This document shows, piece by piece, positions 1 through 10,314 of a stretch of 64,000 nucleotides of DNA. The DNA is from a virus. Lineage: Duplodnaviria > Caudoviricetes. The notes beneath the pieces were generated by a model. The model was not told the DNA's origin. It did not search any database and saw only the letters and a list, made by a program, of their open reading frames with translations. Position numbers and translations under genes: made by a program. The stretch is taken from the IMG/VR virus record IMGVR_UViG_3300027749_000034. One strand, written 5' to 3'. Position 1 is the stretch's first letter. Each line of letters starts with the position of its first letter.

Positions 1-1
1 A

Positions 2-619
2 GTCTACAACTACATGGCTCTGGCAGTAGTCAATTCCATGTTGGTCAGTTTCTTAATCAGTTCTAGTCCAGCACTGATGGCAGTTTTGTTTACAGGTGTA
101 ATGAAGTGGATTGTAATGCTGGCACCTGTTGCGGCAATTTTTGCAGTTGGTATGTTTATTGACAAGGTGTCCAAAGGTGGCGCATTGTTAATGCTACATG
201 GATTTGCCGCACTGATGGGACTGAGTTTTGGATTTATTTTTGCAGTATATTCACTGGGATCTATTGTTGGAGCATTCATGGGAGCCGCAGTATTATTTGG
301 TTCAATGAGTCTGTATGGATACTTTACCAAGCGAAGTCTTGAGAGTATGGGCCAGTTTATGTTCATTGGATTAATTGCAATCTTGATTGCCAGTGTAGTC
401 AATATCTTTATCGGTAGTACAGTAATGCAGATGGTGATCAGTGCCCTGGCAATCATTATCTTCTTAGGATTGACTGCATACGACACACAAAATATTCGAG
501 AAGCTGTCAGTGTGATTCATGAAGGCAACGAAGAAGTAAAAGGTGCGCTGACATTGTACATGGACTTTATCAACATCTTTATTAATCTATTGCAATTGTT
601 TGGAGATAGGAAAGAGTAA
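2..619 (+). CDS. Bax inhibitor-1/YccA family membrane protein (5'-truncated by window edge)
   Basis: Multi-TM hydrophobic protein with LTAYDTQ and LYMDFINIFINLL motifs typical of BI-1/YccA; frame is open to the window start (VYNYMAL...). Confidence 0.85.
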   Translation, partial: VYNYMALAVVNSMLVSFLISSSPALMAVLFTGVMKWIVMLAPVAAIFAVGMFIDKVSKGGALLMLHGFAALMGLSFGFIFAVYSLGSIVGAFMGAAVLFGSMSLYGYFTKRSLESMGQFMFIGLIAILIASVVNIFIGSTVMQMVISALAIIIFLGLTAYDTQNIREAVSVIHEGNEEVKGALTLYMDFINIFINLLQLFGDRKE

Positions 620-620
620 T

Positions 621-1157
621 ATGGAAAATACAAAATTTATACCTAATGTGACCTTTGCATTCCGCGAAGGCGATGAAGCACCTGCTGACGGCGGATGCCC
701 GATTGGCGGAGAATTTGTGTTTAAAACAGCCAATGAGTTGTTTGACAACAAGCGAGTAATTATTTTTAGTTTACCAGGCGCATTTACACCAACTTGCAGT
801 ACATTTCAGTTACCCGGCTTTGAACAGCACTACATCGACTTCAAAGCACAGGGCATTGATGAAATCTATTGCATCAGTGTCAACGATGCCTTTGTAATGA
901 ACGAGTGGGCCCGTAGCCTTGGCATCAAAAATGTAAAAGTTATTCCAGATGGTGCTGGCAAATTTACCAAACTGATGGACATGTTGGTTGATATGAGTGA
1001 CATTGGATTTGGTTCTCGCAGTCATCGTTATGCCGCAATTATAAGTAATGGCAAGGTAGAACGAATGTTCAAAGAACCAGATTCATCCAAAGATGATGCA
1101 GATCCGTACGGGGTATCTAGTCCTGAAAATGTAATGAAATACCTGCAAGGAGAATAA
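621..1157 (+). CDS. Peroxiredoxin (Prx5/PrxV-like)
   Basis: FSLPGAFTPTCS active-site motif and SVNDAFVM; start at ATG 621 after the upstream stop. Confidence 0.9.
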   Translation: MENTKFIPNVTFAFREGDEAPADGGCPIGGEFVFKTANELFDNKRVIIFSLPGAFTPTCSTFQLPGFEQHYIDFKAQGIDEIYCISVNDAFVMNEWARSLGIKNVKVIPDGAGKFTKLMDMLVDMSDIGFGSRSHRYAAIISNGKVERMFKEPDSSKDDADPYGVSSPENVMKYLQGE

Positions 1158-1158
1158 C

Positions 1159-1359
1159 ATGGAAGCAGTCAATCGTGCCGCACAAGATGCCAGTAGAATC
1201 TATGATCAAATGCAACTTAAAAAATTAGATCAGCGGCATGAAGAACTCAGGTTAGAAGCTCAGCGTGTCAAAGAAAACCAAGTAGAAAATGAGCGCAAGC
1301 GAATTGAAATGAATCGACAGATGAATCGTGCAGGACAGAATGTAGACAAGATGGCATAA
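1159..1359 (+). CDS. Hypothetical protein (charged, coiled-coil-like)
   Basis: ORF track; GGAG SD; packed in operon. Confidence 0.6.
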   Translation: MEAVNRAAQDASRIYDQMQLKKLDQRHEELRLEAQRVKENQVENERKRIEMNRQMNRAGQNVDKMA

Positions 1360-1367
1360 GGAATACA

Positions 1368-1604
1368 ATGGAAACCGCTAAATCAATCTCTGAAAATCTA
1401 ATTACAAGAGCCAAGAACTTGCAAGAGTTTACAGTATTTCGTAACTTGGATAGGTTTCCTTTTTCTGCAGGTCGTATTCCATTTGATGTTCGACACAATG
1501 TAGGCTACCCAATGGAGTTTGATGTGCCGGCCTTGACACAACAAGAGGCCGAAGAGCGGGTTGACACCTGGCTCAATGACATTGAGAATAATGATGAATC
1601 CTAG
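1368..1604 (+). CDS. Hypothetical protein
   Basis: ORF track; AAGGA SD; co-oriented. Confidence 0.6.
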   Translation: METAKSISENLITRAKNLQEFTVFRNLDRFPFSAGRIPFDVRHNVGYPMEFDVPALTQQEAEERVDTWLNDIENNDES

Positions 1605-1755
1605 AGTTGAAATACAATTTTATAAAGAAACAGCCGATGGCTTAATAGTATCTAGAACTGAATTGTGTGACAATGAGTTTGAAGCAGACGCAATTATAGA
1701 AGCCGAAGAAGGCCACTATGACAAGGTACTAATAATCGATCTTAGAGAGAAATAA
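1591..1755 (+). CDS. Hypothetical protein
   Basis: Acidic small ORF overlapping the upstream stop; start uncertain (1591 or 1594). Confidence 0.5.
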   Translation: MMNPRVEIQFYKETADGLIVSRTELCDNEFEADAIIEAEEGHYDKVLIIDLREK

Positions 1756-1756
1756 C

Positions 1757-2116
1757 ATGTTATTATTTGAAGCCGCATTGCTAATGCTTTTTATCAAGCA
1801 TTGGTTATGCGATTTTGTTTGGCAAACCCAACAGATGATGCAAGACAAAGGCACCTATGGAGCCAAGCATGGGCTATTGCATTCTGCATACCACGGCCTT
1901 GGTACCTTTGTAGTATTTGCAGTATCGGGTATGGTGTTTGCATTGTTTTTGGCAATCATTGATTTTGTACTTCATTATCATATTGATTGGGCAAAAATGA
2001 ATTATGGTATCAAAGACAATACTACCTCACGGTACTGGGCCGAGTTTGGCCTTGACCAACTTGCTCATAGTGCAACATACCTAATCATTGTTGCAATATT
2101 TGTAAGATCAGTATAA
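1757..2116 (+). CDS. DUF3307-like membrane protein
   Basis: HWLCDF..Q, H..YH, HYHIDWAK and DQLAH pattern of His/Asp residues in TM helices. Confidence 0.7.
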   Translation: MLLFEAALLMLFIKHWLCDFVWQTQQMMQDKGTYGAKHGLLHSAYHGLGTFVVFAVSGMVFALFLAIIDFVLHYHIDWAKMNYGIKDNTTSRYWAEFGLDQLAHSATYLIIVAIFVRSV

Positions 2117-2131
2117 TCAGTTACATCAATT

Positions 2132-2160
2132 CAAAAGGCCATTCGTGGCCTTTTGTTTTT
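2132..2160 (+). terminator. Intrinsic terminator
   Basis: CAAAAGGCCA-TTCG-TGGCCTTTTG perfect stem with UUCG loop followed by a T-tract. Confidence 0.85.
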
Positions 2161-2168
2161 TATAAGTA
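2161..2168 (+). promoter_or_regulatory. T4-like late promoter motif TATAAGTA
   Basis: Immediately after the terminator, 6 nt before ATG 2175; resembles the T4 gp55 consensus TATAAATA. Confidence 0.6.
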
Positions 2169-2174
2169 GTGTTA

Positions 2175-3833
2175 ATGAATTTCTTTGACAAAATTTCCAA
2201 GCAAGTAAAAGAGCCGCCTAAGAGAAAAGACTTTGGTTATACTGAGTATTTTCAAAAGGCAGAGAACATGCGAGACAACCTGGACAAAATTAGTCCAACA
2301 ATGTGTCTGGCCAAGTGGTTACAAGTCAGTATCAATCTGGCCAACGGTACCACACAAAGTTGTTATCATCCGCCTCCGCATGCTATTCCACTACTAGAGC
2401 TCAAAGAAAATCCCAGCGCATTGCATAACACCAAGTTCAAAAAACAAGAACGAGAACTAATGTTGACTGGCAAGCGGCCAGAAGGTTGTAGTTACTGTTG
2501 GCGTGTGGAAGATGCACCTGGTGGTGGCCCACAAGGACACCTTAGTGATAGACATTACAAGTCCAGCGAAGACTGGGCCGCCCCTGACTTTCGCAATGTA
2601 GTTCTAAAGGAGGCCGATTTCGATATTGTTCCACGATATGTCGAAGTGAATTTTAATCAGGCTTGTAATTTCAAATGCATGTACTGTAGTCCTCATATCA
2701 GTACAGCATGGGAAGAAGAAATCAAACAGCATGGACCTTACAACTTTGACTTGCCGGGCAAAAACAAGGTTGATCATAACAATCTACGCAATTTAAAAGT
2801 TTCAGGATACATGCCGCTAGAAGTTGCTGTCAAAGATAATCCTTATGTGACAGCATTTTGGAAATGGTGGCCAGACATTTATCGTACACTACGAGTATTT
2901 CGTATGACTGGCGGCGAACCATTGATGGATCGGAATACCTTTAAGGTGTTGGACTATGTGAATGAGAATCCACATGGACAATTAGAACTAAGCATTACCA
3001 GCAACATGTGTCCGCCGGATCAAAAGTTATTTGACAAGTTTATTAGCAAAGTACAGGCCATTGAAGTCATACGCACTTATGAAGATACTGAAAACTTCAA
3101 CAAGTTCAGTGGCAATCATTGGTATGTGGACAAGGGCTTTAAACATTTCTGGTTATACATCAGCTTGGACGGAGTAGGTCAGCAAGCAGAATATATGCGT
3201 ACTGGTTTAGACTATGCAAGATTAATGTCCAACACTAGAAAGTTCTTAGCTGAAACTAAGTACACCACTGTCAGTTTCATCAACACCTTTAACATACTGT
3301 CAATTCCAAGTTTAAAAAGTTGGTTGCAAATGATATTAGATTTGCGAGTAGAATTCGGCGGCCGGAATCAAACTGAGTTTGAAATTGCTCCAGAACCAAC
3401 AGAGCACGAAAAAGAACATGGCATTGAACACAAGAAGTATTTCCAAAAGAAGTTCCAAAGAATATTTTTAGACATACCATTGCTAAAATACCCCAACTGG
3501 TTTGATCCACAAAATGCAACGCCAACCTTGATTGCAACCATTGAAGATTGCTTGGAGTTTATGCGTAGCAATGCACAGCAAGAAGATTACAGAGAAACAT
3601 TTGAAGGTTTCAAGCCACATGAGATATTGAAACTTGAAAGAAATCTAGCTATAATTAAAGAAGGCAAAGACCCTGCCGCTGTTCAAACGAATAGATTACA
3701 ATTTTATCAATACATAAATGAGTATGATAGACGCAGAGATACTGCCTTCTTAGAAGTTTTTCCGGAGATGAACTCCTACTACAATGAATGTAAGTTGTTA
3801 CAAATGAGAATAGACGATGCCAAAGAAACATAA
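2175..3833 (+). CDS. Radical SAM protein with N-terminal twitch-like domain (#1)
   Basis: CLAKW..SCYH..CSYCW N-terminal Cys set; CNFKCMYC (CX3CX2C); TGGEP. Confidence 0.9.
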   Translation: MNFFDKISKQVKEPPKRKDFGYTEYFQKAENMRDNLDKISPTMCLAKWLQVSINLANGTTQSCYHPPPHAIPLLELKENPSALHNTKFKKQERELMLTGKRPEGCSYCWRVEDAPGGGPQGHLSDRHYKSSEDWAAPDFRNVVLKEADFDIVPRYVEVNFNQACNFKCMYCSPHISTAWEEEIKQHGPYNFDLPGKNKVDHNNLRNLKVSGYMPLEVAVKDNPYVTAFWKWWPDIYRTLRVFRMTGGEPLMDRNTFKVLDYVNENPHGQLELSITSNMCPPDQKLFDKFISKVQAIEVIRTYEDTENFNKFSGNHWYVDKGFKHFWLYISLDGVGQQAEYMRTGLDYARLMSNTRKFLAETKYTTVSFINTFNILSIPSLKSWLQMILDLRVEFGGRNQTEFEIAPEPTEHEKEHGIEHKKYFQKKFQRIFLDIPLLKYPNWFDPQNATPTLIATIEDCLEFMRSNAQQEDYRETFEGFKPHEILKLERNLAIIKEGKDPAAVQTNRLQFYQYINEYDRRRDTAFLEVFPEMNSYYNECKLLQMRIDDAKET

Positions 3834-5355
3834 TGAATCCTTTGCCGAATACAAAATTCGGATGGTTGACAGCACTAGCGACAGCTTCTGTGCCGCCAAA
3901 TGGCTCAATGCCACAATTTGGTTGGGCAATGGACAAACAACCAGTTGCCACCATCCACTTGGACATCAAATTGATGCAAGTGAACTCGACGCCAATCCCA
4001 CTGCCATTCACAATACACCGCACAAGAAACTCATGCGTAAGATGATGCAGGAAGGTACTCGTCCACAAGAATGTGAGTACTGCTGGAAGATTGAAGACTT
4101 GGGTCGCAACAGCATATCGGATCGTGTGTACAAAACTGCGGTGTTCTCGGACAAAGACATCATTGCGGCCGCTACCACACATTGGCAACACGATACAATG
4201 TTAAAGACATTGGAAATTTCGTTTGACCGTACTTGCAATTTTTCTTGCAGTTATTGCAACCCCAGCTTTAGTACCAGTTGGGTCAAAGACATTAAAAAGT
4301 TTGGCCCATATCGTAACATTGATGGTGATGCCCGTAGCCACTTTATCAATGCGGCTGACCATGCTATTCCAATTGCAGACGAAACCAATCCTTACATCAA
4401 AGCGTTTTGGCGCTGGTGGGATGAAGGGCTAGCCGACAACTTAGAAGAGATTCGAATCACTGGTGGCGAGCCATTGATGGCTCCGGGCGTTTGGAAACTG
4501 ATGCAATGGTTCAAAGACAATCAAGAACGAGCAACCAAACGAGCCGACGGCGGTGTATTGCGTTATGCCATCAACAGTAACCTGGTGCCCAAAGATGACT
4601 TGATGGACAAGTTTATTGAGTTGAGTAAGTTTGTTCCGCACCTGGAAGTTTATACCAGCAATGAAAGTGTGGGCGCACACAGCGAATACATTCGTGATGG
4701 TATGGTCTACAGCAAATGGAAAGACAATTTGCATCGCTTGCACACTGAAGGCAATATTAAAAAGACACACATGATGATGACCATCAATAGTTTGTGTCTT
4801 GCCAGTATCACCGAATTCATGGATGAGATACTGGAATTCAAGCGTGAGCATAAAACTGTATATCCCACAATGAGTTTGAATATTCTGCGTTTTCCCAGCT
4901 TCCAGAGTTGCGCCATGTTGCCAACCAGCATTAGACAAAAGTATCGCGACAAGTTACAAGCATGGTTGGATAATATAATTGCCCAGGATGAACGAGTACA
5001 AATGGGAACTGGCCCACATGGTTGGCCTATCATGACTCCAATTGAGCGTGAACAAACACAACGACTGATTGACTATCTTGATGTCATCAAGACACCGCAC
5101 AAGAATGTCAAGGATATGGGTCAACAGCACTTGGACTTTAAAAACTTCTACACACAATATGATGTGCGTAGAGGCAAGGACTTCCGTGCAACATTTCCAC
5201 AGGAGTTTGTTGATTGGTATGACAGCATTGATACACCAACTCCGTCAAGAGAAGAAATCCTAAGCGGAACATACAGCGATGAAACTGGACATATTCCAGA
5301 CCATCCGCCCGAAGACCCCAGCAAGGAAGAATTTTTCAATCCGGACTTACAATGA
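3817..5355 (+). CDS. Radical SAM protein with N-terminal twitch-like domain (#2)
   Basis: CAAKW..SCHH..CEYCW; CNFSCSYC; TGGEP. Confidence 0.9.
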   Translation: MPKKHNESFAEYKIRMVDSTSDSFCAAKWLNATIWLGNGQTTSCHHPLGHQIDASELDANPTAIHNTPHKKLMRKMMQEGTRPQECEYCWKIEDLGRNSISDRVYKTAVFSDKDIIAAATTHWQHDTMLKTLEISFDRTCNFSCSYCNPSFSTSWVKDIKKFGPYRNIDGDARSHFINAADHAIPIADETNPYIKAFWRWWDEGLADNLEEIRITGGEPLMAPGVWKLMQWFKDNQERATKRADGGVLRYAINSNLVPKDDLMDKFIELSKFVPHLEVYTSNESVGAHSEYIRDGMVYSKWKDNLHRLHTEGNIKKTHMMMTINSLCLASITEFMDEILEFKREHKTVYPTMSLNILRFPSFQSCAMLPTSIRQKYRDKLQAWLDNIIAQDERVQMGTGPHGWPIMTPIEREQTQRLIDYLDVIKTPHKNVKDMGQQHLDFKNFYTQYDVRRGKDFRATFPQEFVDWYDSIDTPTPSREEILSGTYSDETGHIPDHPPEDPSKEEFFNPDLQ

Positions 5356-6737
5356 AACGAGTAATACCAATTTGGGAACCAGGTAAGCCAGCCAAGGACA
5401 ATCCTAACCCTTATTTCTGTATGGCACCTTGGCGCCACACTTACATCAGTCCGCAAAGTGAGCGCAGACTCTGTTGTGCCAGTAGAGAAGAGCACAGCTT
5501 CCAGAAGCAATACATTGACAGTAGCAATGACAAGGCCTACGGAGCAGTGACTGAAAGCAAGACAGCATTGTCAGATTACCAGCCAGTCAGTTTAAAGGAA
5601 CACTGGAACAGCGACTACATGAAAGATATTCGGGTCAAGCTGATGGCTGGTGAAGAAATTCCACAATGTGATGTGTGCAATCATAATTTACTAATGGAAG
5701 GCAGTTACAAGGGTTGGTTTACAGGTAATCTATTTCGCGAACAGATTCAACAGGCGTTTGATGCAACAGATGAAACAGGCCATACCACAATGGAACCTGT
5801 CAGCTTTGACTACAGGTTCAGTAACCTATGCAATTTCAAATGCCGCATGTGTGGAGAACAATTGAGCAGTAGTTGGGAAGTTGAAAAGAAACAGCATGAC
5901 CTATGGACACCCAAAGACCAACCCTTTATGGTTCCTGAAATCAAGTCTGCCATGCAAGACTTCCAAGCTCGTGTGGTAGAACCTGAATTTCGAGATGCAG
6001 TACAGCGTGGTATCATTGAAGAAATGTATTGGGTAGGTGGCGAGCCATTGATGTATGATATACATTGGTGGACGCTTGAAGAAATGCTTCGCAATGGCAG
6101 TGCAAAAGATTGTTACATGCGCTACAACAGCAATCTAAGTCGTGTGGTGTTTGGTAAAAAGAATCTGTTTGATTACTTGCCGCAATTCAAAGACTGGATG
6201 ATGTGTGCCAGCATAGATGGCACAGGTGAAATTGTAGAATATATTCGTACAGGCATCAAGTGGAACGAGTGGCTGGCCAACTTTAAAGAAGGGGTGAGCT
6301 TGCCTGGCGGTCGAGAGCGCATGAAACTGGATTTGACCATCACAGCACCGGGCATGTTCTCTCTCAAAGATCTATTTGAACTAAGCTTGGAATTAGATGT
6401 TGAAATCATCACAAAGATTACATTTGCGTTCCATGCAGATATCATGTGGACACCAATGAGCTGGCCCAGACATATTTTAAATCGTCACATTGAGGAACTT
6501 GTTGCTTACATGCGACCTTTAGCAGGACCAAAGCAATGGAGTGTAATCTCTACCTTAGAGTCCATGCGTGATAGTAGACAAACACATGAAGAAGCCTTTC
6601 CAGAAACTTATAAGTCAGCGGCCCGCAACGGAATGAATTGGGTCAAGCGGTTGGAAACAATCCGCAAAGATAAAACAACCATGGCCACAATCTATTCTGC
6701 AGATCCAGAACTGCTGGCTTGGTGGGAGAGTCTATGA
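5352..6737 (+). CDS. Radical SAM protein with N-terminal twitch-like domain (#3)
   Basis: CMAPW..LCC..CDVC; CNFKCRMC; VGGEP. Confidence 0.9.
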   Translation: MKRVIPIWEPGKPAKDNPNPYFCMAPWRHTYISPQSERRLCCASREEHSFQKQYIDSSNDKAYGAVTESKTALSDYQPVSLKEHWNSDYMKDIRVKLMAGEEIPQCDVCNHNLLMEGSYKGWFTGNLFREQIQQAFDATDETGHTTMEPVSFDYRFSNLCNFKCRMCGEQLSSSWEVEKKQHDLWTPKDQPFMVPEIKSAMQDFQARVVEPEFRDAVQRGIIEEMYWVGGEPLMYDIHWWTLEEMLRNGSAKDCYMRYNSNLSRVVFGKKNLFDYLPQFKDWMMCASIDGTGEIVEYIRTGIKWNEWLANFKEGVSLPGGRERMKLDLTITAPGMFSLKDLFELSLELDVEIITKITFAFHADIMWTPMSWPRHILNRHIEELVAYMRPLAGPKQWSVISTLESMRDSRQTHEEAFPETYKSAARNGMNWVKRLETIRKDKTTMATIYSADPELLAWWESL

Positions 6738-7927
6738 AAGACACAAGATGCGTGTTACCCTGGATGCATCTGGCCAGCCATCCCAATGGCGGCGTTAGTC
6801 TATGCTGTCGTAGCAATCACACTGATGCAGTCAGTTGGGCAATGAAGCCACGCACAACACAATTACAGACCTTTGACAATACCAACATCTTGACCATTGC
6901 CAACAGCGACAACTTTGTTCGTGTACGGCAAGACATGATTGATGGCAAGGAACCTGTTGAATGTGAAGGTTGCTGGCAGGATGAGGCCGCTGGCCTGGTC
7001 AGCAAGCGCATGTACGAAAATGAACGCTGGGCACATATTGTACCAGAGCTGGAACAAACAGCACGATTGACCAAGCCAAACTATCGTTATGTTGAGCTGA
7101 GACTTGGCAATGTATGCAACAATGCCTGCGTGACCTGCAACAGTTTCAGCAGTAGCAAGTGGTACGGAGATGAAGTCAAGATTGCCAAGGATCTGCCTTG
7201 GTTTACATTGCGACCAATGGAAAACTTCAAATGGCATGACCGACCAGAGTTTTATTCTGAGCTGGCCACATTGAGCACAGATGTAGAAGAGATTTACATC
7301 AACGGTGGTGAACCAACACTGATAAAAGCACACTTTGGTTACCTTGAAAAGCTGATAGCCACAGGGCAAGCACAACAGGTACACTTGGTGTACAGTCTTA
7401 ACATGATGGATATTCCAGACAGACTTGCTGACTTATGGAAACACTTTAAACGGGTCACTGTCAACTGTAGTGTCGACGACTACGGTGCTAGAAATTATTA
7501 CATTCGTTGGCCCAGTGTATGGGTTGACACAGTCAACAGCATCAAGAAATTGGATGCAATTCACACTGTGGACTGGCATGTGACACAAACTGTCAGCATA
7601 TTCAATGTGTTTAATCTAGACAAACTGGATGACTGGATGCGATATTCATTTGATAAAAACACAACTCATAACTATGTGTTGTATCCAGACTATCTCAGTT
7701 TACAGGCTGTTCCAACAGCACTTAAAGCACAATTAAAATCCAAGTATGAATACAAGTTTGATGATGCCAAAAGAAATGAATTGTATGCCAAGCTTGACAG
7801 ACCTTGGATTCCTGAATTGACTGTCAAGGCCAGGGAGTTTGTTACAGCGTTGGATAAGAGTCGTGAGTTAAACTATAAAACTTATGTGCCTGAACTAGAA
7901 GAAATTATAAATGCAGATACCAATTAA
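6734..7927 (+). CDS. Radical SAM protein with N-terminal twitch-like domain (#4)
   Basis: CVLPW..LCC..CEGCW; CNNACVTC; NGGEP; ATGA overlap with #3. Confidence 0.9.
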   Translation: MKDTRCVLPWMHLASHPNGGVSLCCRSNHTDAVSWAMKPRTTQLQTFDNTNILTIANSDNFVRVRQDMIDGKEPVECEGCWQDEAAGLVSKRMYENERWAHIVPELEQTARLTKPNYRYVELRLGNVCNNACVTCNSFSSSKWYGDEVKIAKDLPWFTLRPMENFKWHDRPEFYSELATLSTDVEEIYINGGEPTLIKAHFGYLEKLIATGQAQQVHLVYSLNMMDIPDRLADLWKHFKRVTVNCSVDDYGARNYYIRWPSVWVDTVNSIKKLDAIHTVDWHVTQTVSIFNVFNLDKLDDWMRYSFDKNTTHNYVLYPDYLSLQAVPTALKAQLKSKYEYKFDDAKRNELYAKLDRPWIPELTVKAREFVTALDKSRELNYKTYVPELEEIINADTN

Positions 7928-9188
7928 CATTGAACACAGCTTTTGTGCGGCCAAGTGGCTGATGGTCACCATGCACTTTGGCATGGGTGAGAATCACTCC
8001 TGCTATCATCCACCGATACACCGTTGGGACTTGGCGGATGTAAACACGAACCCAGGTGCATTGCACAACAGCAAGCACAAGATCAAACAGCGAGAAATGA
8101 TGCTGAACGGCATCCGTCCCAAAGAGTGTAGCTATTGTTGGGACATGGAAGACATTGATGCCACAGCAGTCAGTGATCGTAAGCGTTTTACCAATGAAAC
8201 CTGGGCTATTGAACGCAGACAAGAGATATTATCTGCGCCAGCTGACCAGCCTGTTGGTCCAGCACACTTGGAAATTTCATTTGCCAACACCTGCAACTTT
8301 GCCTGTAGCTATTGCAGTCCTGGGCAAAGCTCAACATGGGAACACGAAATAAGCAAGTACGGTTCATACCCAATTGAAGATCCAACTGTGCATCGAGACA
8401 AGATGCACGATATGATACCCGAGGATAACAATCCTTACATTGATGCATTTTGGAAGTGGTTACCTGAAATATATTCTGGCCTGCGTTATCTACGCATAAC
8501 AGGTGGAGAGCCTTTGGCCACCCGTAACTTCATGAAGCTGTTGGATTATGTGGCAGAGAATCATAATCCTGAGCTGACACTGGTTGTCAACACCAACCTG
8601 TGTGTACCTGAAAAGAACTTGGATCTATTCTTTACCAAAGCAACAGCATTGCTTGAAGCAAAGACTATTAAAGGACTCGAAGTTTACACCAGCATGGACA
8701 CATGGGGACCACAAGCAGAATACATTCGTGACGGACTTGACATTGTCAAGTGGGAAGCAACAGTACGCAAGGTCAGCACAACATTTGGAGTGCCTATTCG
8801 TGTAATGGTCACATTTGGCCTGATGAGTGTGTTTAACTTCAGTGTGTTTGTACAGAAAGTAATTGACATGCGAGCCGACGGCATTGATATCATGTTCAAT
8901 TGCTGTCGTCTTGTTGACCCCAAGCAGTTTGACCTACGCATCTTGCCAGACAGTTGCGATCAATACTTTGATACAGTCAATGACTTTGTGCTGACCAATC
9001 CTACTGTGAGTGTTGAAAGAGAAACATGGGAAATGGTCTATCAGTTCTGGAAGTCTAGACACACTGCAATGAATGTGATTGAGCGCGATCATCGCCGAGA
9101 TCAATTTGCTCGATTCACAGCAGAGTATGATAAACGCAGAAGCTTAAACTTTGCCGCGACCTTTCCGGAATTGGCAGGATGGATTTAA
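7911..9188 (+). CDS. Radical SAM protein with N-terminal twitch-like domain (#5)
   Basis: CAAKW..SCYH..CSYCW; CNFACSYC; TGGEP. Confidence 0.9.
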   Translation: MQIPINIEHSFCAAKWLMVTMHFGMGENHSCYHPPIHRWDLADVNTNPGALHNSKHKIKQREMMLNGIRPKECSYCWDMEDIDATAVSDRKRFTNETWAIERRQEILSAPADQPVGPAHLEISFANTCNFACSYCSPGQSSTWEHEISKYGSYPIEDPTVHRDKMHDMIPEDNNPYIDAFWKWLPEIYSGLRYLRITGGEPLATRNFMKLLDYVAENHNPELTLVVNTNLCVPEKNLDLFFTKATALLEAKTIKGLEVYTSMDTWGPQAEYIRDGLDIVKWEATVRKVSTTFGVPIRVMVTFGLMSVFNFSVFVQKVIDMRADGIDIMFNCCRLVDPKQFDLRILPDSCDQYFDTVNDFVLTNPTVSVERETWEMVYQFWKSRHTAMNVIERDHRRDQFARFTAEYDKRRSLNFAATFPELAGWI

Positions 9189-10294
9189 CACCTTTTAAAA
9201 ACTGTCTGGCGCATCGGCACGGCCTGTACATATCAAATGAAACCAAGCCATACATGCCTTGCTGTTGGTTCAAGCCCGGAGTCAGTGCCAGTACCTACAG
9301 CGAATATCAAAGTAAATTGAGTGAAATTGATATTGCCGCCGGCTGTCGACATTGTATTGATCAAGAAAGTGCAGGCGCAACATGGAGCCATCGTCAGTTG
9401 TTTAAAGATGTAAATGAGTTGGTCATTGGTGTATGCTTTGACAATCTTTGCAATATCAAATGTATCACTTGTAATCCCTATTATAGTAGTCAGCACATAA
9501 GCGAGTGGGAAAAGTTGGACAAGTTCAATACTCGTGGGCTTACCAAGAAATACTTTAACACCATGCTGGATCAGGGCAGTAGCAAGCTTGCAATGATTGA
9601 AGATACTATATCAAACTCAAGTTTTAATAAGTTACGCTTAGAAATTTTTGGTGGTGAACCATTGATCAATCCAGTGGTGTTGAAGTTCATTGCCTGGCTG
9701 GCCGCCAGTGACCATGCCGATATAACTGAACTGGTTATAACAACAAATGGTACTACCTCACTGACAGTGATTGAATCTGAATTAAAAAACTTCAAGCGAG
9801 TATTGATTCAATTCAGTGTAGATGGAGTTGACGAGGCATTTGATTCAATGCGTTACGGCGCTGACTTTGACAAAATGAAAGTCAATGTTGATTACTTCCG
9901 GGCGTTGACACAGTTGCACAACAATCTAAATTACGGGTTTAATTTTACTTTGTCCTGGCTAAATGCTGATTCATTCCTGCCCTATTACAATTGGTTGCTG
10001 TTAAATTATATTGATGCGGACAGTTTACATTTGACAAAACTAGATAGGCCAGAATATTATGCAGTTAATTTACTGCCAGAGTCTCGACGAGACAGCTTGT
10101 TGTCATTGTTGCCACAGTTGGCACCTAATCAACAGTTTCAAAGACTGTTGGATCTATATAAAGAATCTTTACAATTTACAACCAATATTGACACAGCTCT
10201 GTTGAGTCAAGGCATTAACGAATTGAAAAAGCTAGTGACTGTTCGCAACCATAATGAACATATACAAAGATTGATTGACGAATACCAGACATAA
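9179..10294 (+). CDS. Radical SAM protein with N-terminal twitch-like domain (#6)
   Basis: CLAH..PCCW..CRHC; CNIKCITC; FGGEP. Confidence 0.88.
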   Translation: MDLTPFKNCLAHRHGLYISNETKPYMPCCWFKPGVSASTYSEYQSKLSEIDIAAGCRHCIDQESAGATWSHRQLFKDVNELVIGVCFDNLCNIKCITCNPYYSSQHISEWEKLDKFNTRGLTKKYFNTMLDQGSSKLAMIEDTISNSSFNKLRLEIFGGEPLINPVVLKFIAWLAASDHADITELVITTNGTTSLTVIESELKNFKRVLIQFSVDGVDEAFDSMRYGADFDKMKVNVDYFRALTQLHNNLNYGFNFTLSWLNADSFLPYYNWLLLNYIDADSLHLTKLDRPEYYAVNLLPESRRDSLLSLLPQLAPNQQFQRLLDLYKESLQFTTNIDTALLSQGINELKKLVTVRNHNEHIQRLIDEYQT

Positions 10295-10301
10295 CCTGTT
10301 G

Positions 10302-10309
10302 AATAAATA
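10302..10309 (+). promoter_or_regulatory. Late promoter-like motif AATAAATA
   Basis: 5 nt upstream of ATG 10315; no SD. Confidence 0.5.
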
Positions 10310-10314
10310 TCGCT

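Noticed and set aside
10-486. Minus-strand 158-aa ORF and the many other antisense or alternate-frame ORFs inside large genes
   Set aside because: They overlap well-supported genes and lack motifs, SDs or promoters.
1159-1755. RiPP precursor peptides for the radical SAM array
   Set aside because: These small ORFs are separated from the array by a terminator and show no repeated core, leader motif or Cys/Trp patterning. No precursor could be supported, though one may lie outside the window.
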